Positions 33,884 to 44,984 of a DNA stretch of 64,000 bases are shown here, in pieces. The notes under the pieces were generated by a model. The model was not told the DNA's origin. It saw only the letters and a program-made list of their open reading frames with translations, and ran no database searches. Position numbers and translations under genes: made by a program. Source of the DNA: an uncultured Planctomycetaceae bacterium (GTDB taxonomy: Bacteria > Planctomycetota > Planctomycetia > Planctomycetales > Planctomycetaceae); the NCBI GenBank assembly GCA_963815195.1, contig CAWFGE010000020.1, positions 384,001-448,000 of the forward strand, read 5' to 3'. Numbering within the stretch: the stretch's first letter is position 1; each line of letters begins with the position of its first letter.

Positions 33884-35113
33884 TTACGGAGACTTCACCC
33901 GCTCGAACTTGACGAGAATCTGACCGCTCCCGGCTTCGGCAGAGAACTTGGTGGGCCGATCCTTCCCCTTCGCCGCGAAGCAGAGTTTGCGGGAATCGTC
34001 GCCGAGTTCGTAAATCCCAACATAGTGATTGTCTTTTCCTCCGCCTTCGGTCGGCGTGAAGTCGATGGCCTTGGGCTTCTGCGCCGGATCGAACGTGCTG
34101 GTCCCCTTGCTGATCTCTTTGCCTTCGGAACGCAGGCTCCACGTTCCATCGGCCCCGTTGACCACCGTGAGTTTCTTGGCGTCTTCTTCCTGGGCCTGAT
34201 TGCCGTCCATCTCCAAGGCCACGATTCTCCAAGTGCCCTCGATTCGTTTGCGGTCCTTTTTAATCGCTGCATCCTTGGAATCTTCGGTGACCGCCTTTAA
34301 GAACGCATACACGGCTTTCGTCGGCGGATCGTCCGGCAGGCCCAGGTCTCGGTTGATGGTCCCGTGAGTTTTCCCCTCTGCAGAAACCACCTTCGCTTCC
34401 ACACCGGCCTTCTGGAGCCGCTTGGCGAACTCTTGAGATTGTTCGGTCGAGTCCGGGCGCGAGTCGACGTGCAGAATCAGGAAGGGCGGAATGCCTTTGC
34501 TTTTGGCGACGTGCGAAACCGGAGAGAGTTCCTTCAGGGCCGTCTCATCTTCCCCAAACGCGGCCTTGTAAATCTGCGACCGCAGCGGGCCACGGCGTTT
34601 GAGTTGCTGGGGAATGTCATAGACGGCGGTGTCCACCGGGATGCAGCCCTTGATGTCGGACAAGGCCAATCCTTCGGCCTTGAGGTAACTCTCATCGGTC
34701 GCGACTAAAGCCGCCAAATGTGCCCCCGCAGAATGCCCGGCGATGATGATCCTTTGGGAATCGCCTCCGTATTCCGCCGCATGATCGCGAACCCATTTCA
34801 CAGCCCTGGCGATGTCGCCCGCCATCTCTTTGACCGAGACATCCGGGATCAGGCGATAGTTCACGGAGACAAACACGCACCCCCGATCGACAAACGCCTG
34901 GGGCTTCCGCTGCACGGCGGTTTTGTCGCCGCGCCGCCAACCGCCCCCGTGTATCCAAACCAGAATCGGATTATTCTTTCCTTCGGCGGGGGCGTACACA
35001 TCGAGTTTTTGAGCCGGGGTTTTCGCGTCGGCATAAGGAAGGTCGCGCTGGACCTTCATTTCCGCGGCGGTGGACGACGACGTGAGGATGACAAATGCGA
35101 GGATCGTTCTCAT
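33884..35113 (-). CDS. Secreted alpha/beta hydrolase (HGGG/GHSAG esterase) fused to a C-terminal TIGR03067 domain
   Basis: WIHGGGW and GHSAGAHL motifs; C-terminal IEGTWRIVALEMDG...DPAQKPKAIDF...GIYELGDDSRKLCFA...RPTKF. Confidence 0.85.
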   Translation of the reverse strand: MRTILAFVILTSSSTAAEMKVQRDLPYADAKTPAQKLDVYAPAEGKNNPILVWIHGGGWRRGDKTAVQRKPQAFVDRGCVFVSVNYRLIPDVSVKEMAGDIARAVKWVRDHAAEYGGDSQRIIIAGHSAGAHLAALVATDESYLKAEGLALSDIKGCIPVDTAVYDIPQQLKRRGPLRSQIYKAAFGEDETALKELSPVSHVAKSKGIPPFLILHVDSRPDSTEQSQEFAKRLQKAGVEAKVVSAEGKTHGTINRDLGLPDDPPTKAVYAFLKAVTEDSKDAAIKKDRKRIEGTWRIVALEMDGNQAQEEDAKKLTVVNGADGTWSLRSEGKEISKGTSTFDPAQKPKAIDFTPTEGGGKDNHYVGIYELGDDSRKLCFAAKGKDRPTKFSAEAGSGQILVKFERVKSP

Positions 35114-35401
35114 GGCAGTTTTTTCCTGGCCTGTTGGAGAAGAGGTGATGCGACCGGTCACTCACCAATTAGGATACCGCCTGGAAGTTCTCATGTGGAT
35201 CGACTGACGGCCCGGCGAACGCTTCGACGCGATGAGGCGGGCAGGCGACGCGTGCAGCGAGATCGCGTGAAATGAAAGCGCCCATCGCTCCGCGATGGTC
35301 GCGCAAAAAAGAGTTGACTCGATCAAGTCCATCAACTTCAAATTGGCGATCCGCTCTTCCATCCGCTCCGTTCGCGGAGCGAACGGCGACTTTCTGGCCG
35401 T

Positions 35402-37444
35402 TTAATGCACGCGTTGGCCGGGGACGGCTCCTGCGTCGGGGCTTATCAGAAAAATGTCCTGGCCCCCGGGACCGCAGGCGAGGACCATGCCTTCACTCAC
35501 GCCGAACCGCATCTTCCGCGGAGCGAGGTTCGCGCAGCAGATCACCAATCGGCCCACGAGGTCTTCGGGCTTATAGACGCTTTTGATCCCGGCGAACACA
35601 TTGCGGCGTTCGTCGCCGCCCAGGCTCAAGGTGAGCTGCAGGAGTTTGTCCGCGCCTTCGACGTGCTGGGCTTCGATCACGCGGGCCACGCGCATGTCGA
35701 CTTTCATAAACTCATCGAAGCTGCAGTGCTCTTCGGTCAACGGCTCTTTCTGGAGGGCTTCGGGGCCATCCTGATTTGCGGGGGCCGATGCGGTGTCCGC
35801 GGGTTCGGGGGTTTTGCTGTCTTCGATCATGGCATTGACTTTCTGTTCTTCCACGCGGGTCAGCATGTGTTGAAATTTGGCGACCGGAGTGCCGGTCAAG
35901 GGAGTTTGAGCTTCGTCCCAATGCGTAATCGGTTGTCCCAACAGCTCGCCGGTTTGAGCCTTTAACCTGGGCAGAACCGGGGCGAGATAAATCACGATCT
36001 GCCGAAACAGATTGAGGGTGATACTGCACACGTCCCGGAGTTCCTGTTGCCTGGCTTCCTCTTTGCGAAGCTTCCAAGGCTCTTGGTGCTCGACGAACCG
36101 ATTCGCCGCATCCGCGAGCGCAAGAATCTCTCGCATCGCGGAGTTGTAATCGCAGCGTTCGTAAGCCTCTGCAATCTCCGCAGCCTTCGCCGCCGCGGCT
36201 TGAAACAACCCGCCATCGTCGGGGTAAGTTTCCGAGAGCGTTTTGCCTTCCAAAAACTTCGCCGACCGGCTGGCGAGGTTCACGACCTTGCCCACGAGAT
36301 CCGCATCGATCTTGGTTTTGAACTCTTCGAGATTCAGGTCGATGTCATCGAGCCGGGGGCCGAGTTTGGAGGCGATATAGTAGCGGAGATACGCCGGGTC
36401 CAAGTGTTTCAAGTAAGTCGAAGCGAGCACGAAGGTGCCTTTGGATTTCGACATCTTCTCGCCGCCCACGTTCAGGAACCCGTGGATGTGGACCTTCGTC
36501 GGCAGATTGAATCCCGCCGTCTTCAGCATCCCCGGCCAGAACAGCGTGTGGAAGTAGGTGATGTCTTTTCCGATGAAGTGATGGACTTCGGTTGCGGGAT
36601 TTCGCCACCAGTCGTCGAAATTCTCGCCCTGCTTTTCGCACCAGTCCTTGGTGGAAGCCATGTAACCGATGGGGGCATCGAACCAGACGTACCAGAAGTT
36701 GCCGGGACTGTTCGGGATTTCAAATCCGAAGTAGGGTTCCGGGCGGGAGATGTCCCAATCGCGGAGCGGCTGATGCAGAAAGTGACCCTTGAGATAATTG
36801 GCGACTTCCGGCTGGAGATGGTCTTCAGACTGCGTCCATTCGTTGAGAAAACCGTGGAGCTTCTCCAGTTCGATGAATAAGTGCGCCGACGACCGCAGCT
36901 CCGGCGTGGCCCCCGAGAGGGTGCTGACGGGGTCGATCAATTCCGCCGGGCTGTGCGTGTGGCCGCAGCGGTCACAGCTATCGCCATATTGCCCTGGGGC
37001 TTTGCAGTTGGGGCAGGTGCCTTTCACGAATCGATCGGCAAGAAACGTTCCCGCGACCGGATCATAAAGCTGCTCGACGTCTTTTTCCTTCACCAAGCCC
37101 GATTGATGGACCGCGGCCCAGATTTCTTGGCAGAGGGCGCGGTTCGAATCGCTGTTGGTGCTGCCGTAGTTGTCGAACTCGATATCGAAGCCCTCGAAGT
37201 CGCGGATGTGGGCTTCCCGCATATCGGCGATCAGTTCCTCTTCGCGGCGGCCTTCCTGGCGGGCGCGGATCATGATCGCGGTGCCGTGGGTGTCGTCGGC
37301 ACAGATGTAAATGCACTGGTGCCCGCGGAGCTTTTGAAACCGCACCCAAATGTCGGTCTGCACGTACTCCACAAGATGCCCAATGTGAACATGCCCGTTG
37401 GCATAAGGCAACGCGGCGGTGACGAGGATTTTGCGTTCCGTCAT
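35402..37444 (-). CDS. metG: Methionine--tRNA ligase with C-terminal tRNA-binding OB domain
   Basis: [21 protein letters not shown] knuckle, WDISR, KMSKS and [16 protein letters not shown] motifs. Confidence 0.97.
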   Translation of the reverse strand: MTERKILVTAALPYANGHVHIGHLVEYVQTDIWVRFQKLRGHQCIYICADDTHGTAIMIRARQEGRREEELIADMREAHIRDFEGFDIEFDNYGSTNSDSNRALCQEIWAAVHQSGLVKEKDVEQLYDPVAGTFLADRFVKGTCPNCKAPGQYGDSCDRCGHTHSPAELIDPVSTLSGATPELRSSAHLFIELEKLHGFLNEWTQSEDHLQPEVANYLKGHFLHQPLRDWDISRPEPYFGFEIPNSPGNFWYVWFDAPIGYMASTKDWCEKQGENFDDWWRNPATEVHHFIGKDITYFHTLFWPGMLKTAGFNLPTKVHIHGFLNVGGEKMSKSKGTFVLASTYLKHLDPAYLRYYIASKLGPRLDDIDLNLEEFKTKIDADLVGKVVNLASRSAKFLEGKTLSETYPDDGGLFQAAAAKAAEIAEAYERCDYNSAMREILALADAANRFVEHQEPWKLRKEEARQQELRDVCSITLNLFRQIVIYLAPVLPRLKAQTGELLGQPITHWDEAQTPLTGTPVAKFQHMLTRVEEQKVNAMIEDSKTPEPADTASAPANQDGPEALQKEPLTEEHCSFDEFMKVDMRVARVIEAQHVEGADKLLQLTLSLGGDERRNVFAGIKSVYKPEDLVGRLVICCANLAPRKMRFGVSEGMVLACGPGGQDIFLISPDAGAVPGQRVH

Positions 37445-37652
37445 GGAGAAACTTCGGCTCCTTGGAATGTCTGCGGATTTTCGTGAAGCAGAGGTTGGAT
37501 CAATTTGTTAGAGGCCGGAATTTGGGCGAAGGTTAAGGGGCGGTTGGGCTTCGCGCATCTTAGCGGACGGGTTCGCTTGTGGCCATTGACGCGGCGCAAA
37601 AAACAAAACCGCCGGGAGGACACTGCCTTCCCAGCGGTTAGGACGATCGGAA

Positions 37653-37679
37653 AACCGGGGCTAGCGCCCTGTGGCTAAT
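37653..37679. repeat. REP family B copy
   Basis: AACCGGGGCTAGCGCCCTGTGGCTAAT. Confidence 0.75.
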
Positions 37680-37734
37680 TTTCAACCCCAAAGTTTGACG
37701 CCGCTAGCGAATTGCGGCGGATCTTCGGATCGAG

Positions 37735-38730
37735 TTATCGCGAGGCGATGTTGCCGTGGGCTTTGAAGGTCACGGGTTCCGGGCGGCCGGCAATGGTCAC
37801 GGTGAATTTTTCCGAGAACGGGCCGGGATCTTTGGGGGGCGTGAAGGTCAGCGGAATGACGTGCACCGTGCGTTCGGATTCGGGCAGGCGGACTTTGAAG
37901 AGTTCCTTGTCCGAGTCGCATTCCACCTTGTCGATCGAGAACGGTTTCTTGCCGCGGATGACGACGTTTACCGTTTTGTCGCTGCCGGGCGTCACGGTGC
38001 CCAGGGACACGTCGGGCGTGGCGACGGTGATGTCCGCTTCCACGCGGGCGGTGACCAACAGCGGCACATAGGGGCTGACATCGTCGGTGACGAGCATCAC
38101 CTGTTCCCGCAGCGGCCCCAAGGGAGCGGTGGGCTTGAGAGACATGTCAATCTGGTAGCGGACCTGGCCATTGCCGCGGGAGATTTCTTTGATCTTAGCA
38201 TCGAGATTCGAGTCGGCGATTTTTACATCTTTGAGCGTCCAGTTCTCGCGGCCGGCGTAGGCGACGTCGATCGTCATGTTGGCCCCGGCTCCCAGATCGA
38301 CGGCCCCGAAATTGGCTCCGCCGGGCGTGAGCACCACATCCGTGCGGATGTAGGCCTTCAAGGGGATTTTGACCTCGGCGAAGAACGGCTGATCGAAGGT
38401 CACGATCAGGTTGGACGTTTTTTCGTGCGTGAACTTCCGCGTGTTGAGTTCCACTTCGACGTAGGTCGATTCCAGGCTCTTCAGGGTTTTTTGTTCGGGC
38501 TGTTTGGGGATCGAGCAGCCGCAGGTCGTGCGAACGTTGGAAATGTGCACCGCCTCTTTGTACTTGTTGGTGATCTTGAAGCGGTGGCTCACGTCCGCGC
38601 CGCGGGCGACCTTGCCGAAGTCGTAGCTGGCTTCATCGAACATTTTTTCGGCCCACTCCTGGGCTGACGCCGTTTGTCCAGCCAACAGTGCCAGCGCCCA
38701 GGCCACGGAGAAGAAAGATTTGCAATTCAT
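37735..38730 (-). CDS. DUF1573 domain secreted protein (Ig-like repeats)
   Basis: Signal peptide followed by WAEKMF...YDFGKVARG and NVRTTCGCS. Confidence 0.85.
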   Translation of the reverse strand: MNCKSFFSVAWALALLAGQTASAQEWAEKMFDEASYDFGKVARGADVSHRFKITNKYKEAVHISNVRTTCGCSIPKQPEQKTLKSLESTYVEVELNTRKFTHEKTSNLIVTFDQPFFAEVKIPLKAYIRTDVVLTPGGANFGAVDLGAGANMTIDVAYAGRENWTLKDVKIADSNLDAKIKEISRGNGQVRYQIDMSLKPTAPLGPLREQVMLVTDDVSPYVPLLVTARVEADITVATPDVSLGTVTPGSDKTVNVVIRGKKPFSIDKVECDSDKELFKVRLPESERTVHVIPLTFTPPKDPGPFSEKFTVTIAGRPEPVTFKAHGNIASR

Positions 38731-39157
38731 GGTTGATTCTCGCATCGAACGAAACACCCGTGTTGTAAAATCACCGCAGAGGAGCAAAATCGCTCAGGTT
38801 CCTTCGTTCATCACCAAGATGAAAACTCTGCCCGTCACCAGGTCGGCGGAAACGATTTTGGGAAAAACCGCGCCCCCGCCGATCGGGAAATTTAGGAGCC
38901 ACACCGGAAATCTACACTCAGAATATCATGTTTTGGAGATTCGTGGCGAAGATTTTTGTCAACATCGAGGCGAAAAACGGCATTTCAATGGGGCCATTTC
39001 GCCACAAATACAACTCTCCGGGTGTGGACCAAAGGGGAATGAGGGGCTAAACAGGTTGTTATGGAGGGAATGATCTTGCATTGAGGGAGGAGCTGACCCT
39101 GCGTATTTGGTAGGTTAGATCAGCCCGGCAAAATTGTCAATATTTTGCTCTAGCTGT

Positions 39158-39324
39158 GATTCCCGTTCCCGATACACTCATCAACTCGACCCGCAAGTCG
39201 CCCGTTCCCTCCGCGAAGGGGTTCGTGCAGCCTTTGTGCCGTTGGGGAGCCCAAACGGACCGTTCGGCTCCAAGCGGGCTCGAAAACGCGCTGAGTCGGC
39301 TTAAATCCGGCATCACCAGGAATC
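39158..39324. ncRNA. Candidate structured ncRNA (rod-like, 6S-sized); unconfirmed
   Basis: Nested complementary segments in a long intergenic region: GATTCC/GGAATC, ACTCA/TGAGT, TCGACCCGC/GCGGGCTCGA. Confidence 0.3.
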
Positions 39325-39557
39325 TCCGAACTGTGGGGATTGTTACACAAACAATGATTCCCAAACCGCGTAAATTTCCGTAAGATGGAATATCACAGTC
39401 TCCCGAACGCTCACCGGGAGAACTCCTAAATCCCCGGCATTCCAGGGAAGCCGAGGGAAACCAAACGGAATGCATCGTCAATCCGTGATGGATTGGCATC
39501 AGATACGACGTCTGACACTCCTTTTTTAACGAGCAACTTGGGAGGCGAATCGAAGTC

Positions 39558-41648
39558 ATGGTCCACAATTCCCAACTTTCCACGGACGGCCGCCCGCGCC
39601 GGGTTTGGTGCTTTAGACTTGTGCTGGTTTTATCAATTCTGCTGGGCGTCCTCGCCACGCTGGGTTACCAGATGAACGGCAAGACGCACGCCGCGGACAA
39701 CCAATATCCGCGGCCCCGCAAAATCAAAATGCCCGCCGACTTGTTCGACGGCGGCACCGGCTGGTTGAACACCGCCGGGCCGATCGAGCTGAAGGATCTC
39801 AAAGGCAAGATCGTCATCGTCGATTTCTGGACGTATTGCTGCATCAACTGCATGCATGTCTTGCCGGATCTCAAGTACCTGGAGAAAAAGTACCCCAACG
39901 AGCTGGTGGTCATCGGCTGCCACTCGGCCAAGTTCGAGAACGAAAAGGAATCCGAAAACATCCGCAAGGCGATTTTGAGGTACGAGATCGAGCACCCGGT
40001 CGTGAACGATTCGCAAATGCGGATTTGGAACAAGGTGGGCATTACGTCCTGGCCGAGTTTGTTGGTCATCGACGCCGAGGGCAACGCCTGCCTGCTCGCG
40101 CCTGGCGAAGGCAATGTGGATTATATCGACAAGCTGATTGCCCGGCTGATTCGCTATCACAAAGCCAACAAGACCCTGGACGAAACGCCGATCCGCTTCG
40201 ATCTCGAGCGCAACAAAGCCGAGCCGCATCCGCTCAGATTCCCCGGAAAGCTCGTGGCGGACGAAGCGGGGAACCGGTTGTTCATTTCCGACAGCAACCA
40301 TAACCGGATTGTCGTCACCTCGCTCGACGGCAAACTGCAGGAAGTCATCGGGGCCGGGACGATCGGATCCAAGAACGGGAGTTTTAAGGAGGCCGAGTTC
40401 GATCGTCCGCAAGGCATGGCCCTCGTCGGCGACCGGCTGTTTATCGCGGGCACCGAGAACCATCTGCTCCGCATGGCCGATTTGAAAAACAAAACCGTCA
40501 GCACAATCGCCGGCACCGGGAAGCAGGCCCGACAGCGAGTGTTCGGCGGGAACACCAAACGGAGTTCCCTCAACAGCCCGTGGGACCTCGCTGCCGTGGA
40601 TGGCCGGCTGTATATCGCGATGGCGGGGTCGCATCAGATTTGGTATCACGCGATCGGTTCGGATTCGATCCGGGTTTATGCCGGGACCGGGATGGAGGAC
40701 ATCCAAAACGGGGCGCTCGCGATGAGCGCGTTCGGCCAACCGTCGGGACTCGCCAACGATGGGAAGTTTCTGTACGTCTGCGACAGCGAAGGCTCCGCCA
40801 TCCGCAAAGTCCCAATCAGCAAAACGGGCGACGGTGAGGTCACCACGATCGCCGGCACTTCCAACCTGCCCAATGGGACCTCTTTGTTTGCCTTTGGCGA
40901 TCAGGACGGCGTGGGAGCACAGGCCCGTTTTCAGCATCCGCTGGGGATCGCCTGGCACGAAGGCCTCTTGTACGTGGCCGACAGTTTCAACCATAAAATC
41001 AAGCTCGTCGATCCCAAGACCGGAAAAGTCGCCACCTGGCTGGGCAACGGAAAACCCGGCGACCGGCTGGAGCCGACCCCGCAATTCAACGAGCCGGCGG
41101 GACTGGCGGTCGCCAAGGGAAAACTCTACGTCGCCGACACCAACAACCACCGCATCCTGACTGTGGACCTCAAAACCAAGGCGGTCAAGGAGCTGAAAAT
41201 CGAAGGCCTCCAGCCGCCCGAAAACCGGTTTGCCGAAGCCGGCGGATTTCCCAAGGACGTTCCCGCCACGAAAGTCGCCGCCCAGACCGTCAAGGCCGGC
41301 GAGAATCTGACGTTGACCGTGGGCCTGCATCTGCCGAATGGGTACAAGCTCAACCCGCTGTATCCCGCGGCGTTTCGCTTCGAGGCCGAGCAGGGACAAC
41401 CCTTGATCCCCGCCGATCAGTTGGAGGGCAAGCACAAAGCGGCGGCCAAGGGAAACACCGCGTCTTTCACGTTTCCTTTGACCGGCAAGACGGGGCAAAC
41501 TTCGCTCCAGATCGCGCTCACTTACGGCTACTGCCGGGAGGGGAAAGGCGGCGTGTGCAAGATCAAAACGATCCGCTGGAACGTCCCCTTGAAAGCCACC
41601 AGTGACGCAAAAGCCAGCGAAATCGCCCTCACCGTTCCCAGCGAATGA
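39558..41648 (+). CDS. Thioredoxin-like + NHL-repeat protein (NHLRC2/SOQ1-like), membrane-anchored
   Basis: DFWTYCCINCMH, HSAKFENE, NHL repeats (SDSNHNRI, ADSFNHKIK, ADTNNHRI) and C-terminal YGYCREG..GVC. Confidence 0.9.
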   Translation: MVHNSQLSTDGRPRRVWCFRLVLVLSILLGVLATLGYQMNGKTHAADNQYPRPRKIKMPADLFDGGTGWLNTAGPIELKDLKGKIVIVDFWTYCCINCMHVLPDLKYLEKKYPNELVVIGCHSAKFENEKESENIRKAILRYEIEHPVVNDSQMRIWNKVGITSWPSLLVIDAEGNACLLAPGEGNVDYIDKLIARLIRYHKANKTLDETPIRFDLERNKAEPHPLRFPGKLVADEAGNRLFISDSNHNRIVVTSLDGKLQEVIGAGTIGSKNGSFKEAEFDRPQGMALVGDRLFIAGTENHLLRMADLKNKTVSTIAGTGKQARQRVFGGNTKRSSLNSPWDLAAVDGRLYIAMAGSHQIWYHAIGSDSIRVYAGTGMEDIQNGALAMSAFGQPSGLANDGKFLYVCDSEGSAIRKVPISKTGDGEVTTIAGTSNLPNGTSLFAFGDQDGVGAQARFQHPLGIAWHEGLLYVADSFNHKIKLVDPKTGKVATWLGNGKPGDRLEPTPQFNEPAGLAVAKGKLYVADTNNHRILTVDLKTKAVKELKIEGLQPPENRFAEAGGFPKDVPATKVAAQTVKAGENLTLTVGLHLPNGYKLNPLYPAAFRFEAEQGQPLIPADQLEGKHKAAAKGNTASFTFPLTGKTGQTSLQIALTYGYCREGKGGVCKIKTIRWNVPLKATSDAKASEIALTVPSE

Positions 41649-41788
41649 CCACAGAACCCGCGTCGTTTTCCCGAGGCGGCGAGATTTTCCCGTCTTAGCC
41701 GCCCCGGTGGCATTGACATTCCCGTCGATGCCACGAAAAGATTTGCACAGACAAGCATGTCCGTGCCACCTTTTTGAATCCGAATCGA

Positions 41789-42995
41789 ATGAGTGAAGGC
41801 CTCCTTGTTGACCAGACGGAATTTGATGCGTTCTGCGCACATCGTTGCCGAGGGGATCGTCGCGTTCGATACGGAGTTTGTGTCGGAATACACCCATCGG
41901 CCCGAACTCTGTTTGCTCCAGTTTGCCACCCGCGAGCAGTGCGTGGCGGTCGATCCGTTTGAGGTGCCGAATCTCGACCGCTGGTGGGAAATCATGGCCG
42001 ATCCCGACGTGACCGTTGTGGTGCACGGCGGCCAGGCGGAGATTCGCTTCTGCCTGGACTTGGGCCGCCGCACGCCGCGGAACCTCGCAGACATCCAACT
42101 CGCCGAGGCCCTCCGCAGCCGGAGTTATCCCTTAGGATACGCCACGTTGGTCCGGCGGGTTTTGGGCTGCCGGGTCCACGGCAAGGAGACCCGTACCGAC
42201 TGGCGGCGCCGGCCGCTGACCAGCCATCAAATCCATTACGCGCTCGAAGATGTCAAGCACGTCCTCCCCGTGTGGGACAAGCAGCGCCGCTGGCTCAAAG
42301 ACCACAACCGCCGGGACTGGGTGGAAACCGAGTTCGAGCGGATGATTTCCGAACTGGAGGACGAGTCCCAGCGTCCGGGCTGGCATCGGTTGTCGGGGCT
42401 CCACCGGCTGAGCCTCCGCGAACTCGCCGTCGCCCAGGAAATCTCCAATTGGCGGGACGCCGAGGCGATGAAGCGAAATCGCCCGCTGCGAAAAATCCTG
42501 CGGGACGACATCATCATCGAACTCGCCCGCCGGCAGCCCACGACCGAAAAGGAACTCCTCGCCATGCGGGACATGAACCGCAGCGACTATCGGCGGTCCG
42601 CAGTGGCGCTCTTGAAAGCCATCGAGCACGGGCTCGCCATTCCCGACAAAGACCTCGCGCCTTTGCCCTATTCCCCGAACGCCGGCGACAGCCGGGACGA
42701 GCAGGTGCTGGGCCAGCTTTTGGGCATCGCCCTCGCGAACCGCTGTGCCGAGATGGACGTCGCCAAACCCCTGGTGGCGACCAGCGCGGACCTTCGGCAT
42801 CTGGTCCGCTGGCACGTGTTTCAGGAGCGCTCCGGTCCCGCGCCCCGGCTCACGGAAGGCTGGCGTGCCGAAGTCTGCGGAACGCTGTTGTCCAACGTCC
42901 TTGACGGCCGCGTCGCGCTCCGCGTCGCCGACCCCACCTCCGATCATCCACTGGTCTTCGAACCCGTCGCCGAGGAACAAGAAGCCCCGGAATGA
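41789..42995 (+). CDS. rnd: Ribonuclease D (3'-5' exonuclease + HRDC); frameshift near 41845
   Basis: AFDTEF, LCLLQFAT, TDWRRRPL, YALEDV and HRDC WRDAEAMKRNRP motifs. The start MSEGLLVDQTEF is in another frame. Confidence 0.88.
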
Positions 42996-43377
42996 TTGAC
43001 CCGGTTTTTTCCTATTCGCCCGAAGCGCAAGCCGCGCGCCCGGTGCGGTTTTTCGTGGCGGCCATTTGCACACGGTTCGTCAAGCGTCCGACGAGTGGTC
43101 TGCATTGGGTGGGGGCGTCCAACCATAATCGACCGCGATTTCCGTGGCGTTTTTCGTGCGGAAACCGTACGATTTTCTCCCAGAACAAGCACAAATGAAC
43201 CGCGTTTTCGGAGAATTTTTGAACAGACATTCGGGGCCATTTGTCTATGGAGCCTTTTCCATGCGAGGCAATTCGCGACAAACTGAACCCTGTCACTTCA
43301 TTTCCAGGCAGCATCGGCATTCCCCATAATTCCCCTCGAGACCGATTCCCGACCTCCTGAAAAAGCCCCCGCCGCTT

Positions 43378-44802
43378 ATGTCAAATTCTCCAGAACCCGC
43401 GTCGAAGGATGAACCTTTATCGAACCCATTCCGCGGCGGGCATTGGGCGGGGGCGGTTCCGCTCGTGGTGTTTGTGGTGTGCACGTTGGGGCTGGTGATT
43501 GCGGGGGCTCCCGAAGTCGAGGGGATGATTCTCGCGGCGATGCTGGGCATCTCGATCGGGATGGTCTTCGCCAAAAGTGCCGCGGACTATAGCGAGCGGG
43601 TCTTCACGCTGATGGCGAATCCCGTGGCGACGGTGGCGGTCGTGTGCTGGCTGTGGGCGGGGGCGTTTTCGGGAATCCTCGCGAAGTCCAAGCTCGTGGA
43701 AGCCATCGTCTGGCTCGGCTGGCAGTCGGGCGTGTCGGGGGCGGCGTTCACGGTGCTCGTGTTTGTCCTGGCGTCGCTGTTCGCGGTTTCGGTGGGGACG
43801 GGCCTCGGCACCGTGCTGGGGTTTACGCCGGTGATGTACCCGGCAGGAGTCGTGTTGGGGGCGGACCCGGCGGTGTTGATGGGCGCGATCTTCAGCGGGG
43901 CCGCGTTCGGTGACAATCTGGCCCCGATCTCCGATACCACGATCGTCTCGGCAACGACGCAGGAAGCCGACGTCGCAGGCGTCGTGCTTTCGCGGCTGAA
44001 GTACGTGCTGCTCGCTGCGGGGATTTGCTGCGTGCTGTTTTACGTGTTCGGCGGAGCGGCTTCGCGCACCGACACGGCCGACGCGGCCACGGCTCAGGAG
44101 ATCATTGAAAAAACCGCGGACCCCAAGGGGCTGCCGATGCTGATCCCCGCCGCGGTCGTGTTTGTGGTCGCGGTGTCGGGGCTGCATTTTCTCGCGGCGA
44201 TCACGGCGGGGATCGTGGTCGCGGTGCTGTTGGGGCCGGCGGTTGGGGTGTTTACGTTTGCCGATGTATTTCACATCACGGCGGACGGCGGCGTGGCGGG
44301 TTCGCTCGTGGAGGGGGCGATGGGACTGGTCCCGATCGCGATCCTCACGCTGCTCTTAGTCTCGGCGATCGGTTTGATGGAATACAGCGGTTTTCTGACC
44401 GCGATGATGGAATGTCTGGACCGCACGCTCGCCCGCACCGCGAAGGGAGCTGAGGCTGCGATCATTGCGCTGATTTCGCTCGCCAACTTGAGCGTCTCGG
44501 TCAACACGGTGGCGATGATCACGGTGGGGCCGCTTGCAAACCGGCTCCGCGCACGGCACAACATCCACCCCTACCGCAGCGCGAACCTGTTGGATACGGT
44601 CTCGTGTTCGTTCCCTTATCTGCTGCCTTATTCCGCGACCATCCCCGCCGCCGCCTCGGTGCAGCAAGAGGTGCATAAACTCTATGACTTCGTGCCAGTG
44701 CTCACATGGTCTCAGCAAGTGCCCTATATGTTCTATGGCCTGGTGCTGTTTCCGATCATGATCCTCTCCGTCGCCACCGGCTTCGGGCACCGACGGGGAT
44801 AA
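43378..44802 (+). CDS. NhaC family Na+/H+ antiporter-like transporter
   Basis: GAIFSGAAFGDNLAPISDTTIVSA signature; many TM helices. Confidence 0.85.
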   Translation: MSNSPEPASKDEPLSNPFRGGHWAGAVPLVVFVVCTLGLVIAGAPEVEGMILAAMLGISIGMVFAKSAADYSERVFTLMANPVATVAVVCWLWAGAFSGILAKSKLVEAIVWLGWQSGVSGAAFTVLVFVLASLFAVSVGTGLGTVLGFTPVMYPAGVVLGADPAVLMGAIFSGAAFGDNLAPISDTTIVSATTQEADVAGVVLSRLKYVLLAAGICCVLFYVFGGAASRTDTADAATAQEIIEKTADPKGLPMLIPAAVVFVVAVSGLHFLAAITAGIVVAVLLGPAVGVFTFADVFHITADGGVAGSLVEGAMGLVPIAILTLLLVSAIGLMEYSGFLTAMMECLDRTLARTAKGAEAAIIALISLANLSVSVNTVAMITVGPLANRLRARHNIHPYRSANLLDTVSCSFPYLLPYSATIPAAASVQQEVHKLYDFVPVLTWSQQVPYMFYGLVLFPIMILSVATGFGHRRG

Positions 44803-44828
44803 GCAATTCGAACTGTCTCACATTCAGC

Positions 44829-44970
44829 TTAAACCCAAAGAGTGCAAAGGGAAGACGCAAAGGGATGCGGCATGAAGCCCGAATCGTGTTTTCGCGCGGG
44901 GATTATCTGGAGTCAGCGGACGATTTTTCCCACTCTCCTTTGCATCTTCCCTTCGCGCCTTTGCGTTAAA
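44829..44970. repeat. Inverted-repeat element (AACGCAAAGGCGCGAAGGGAAGA type) between convergent genes
   Basis: TTAAACCCAAAGAGTGCAAAGGGAAGACGCAAAGG ... CCTTTGCATCTTCCCTTCGCGCCTTTGCGTTAAA. Confidence 0.7.
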
Positions 44971-44984
44971 AATGTTCTGCGAGG

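Noticed and set aside
42996..43377. SAM or lysine riboswitch ahead of the NhaC-family transporter (and lysine riboswitch ahead of lysC, T-box ahead of leuS/metG)
   Set aside because: No recognisable consensus elements by eye; an Rfam scan would be needed to exclude them formally.
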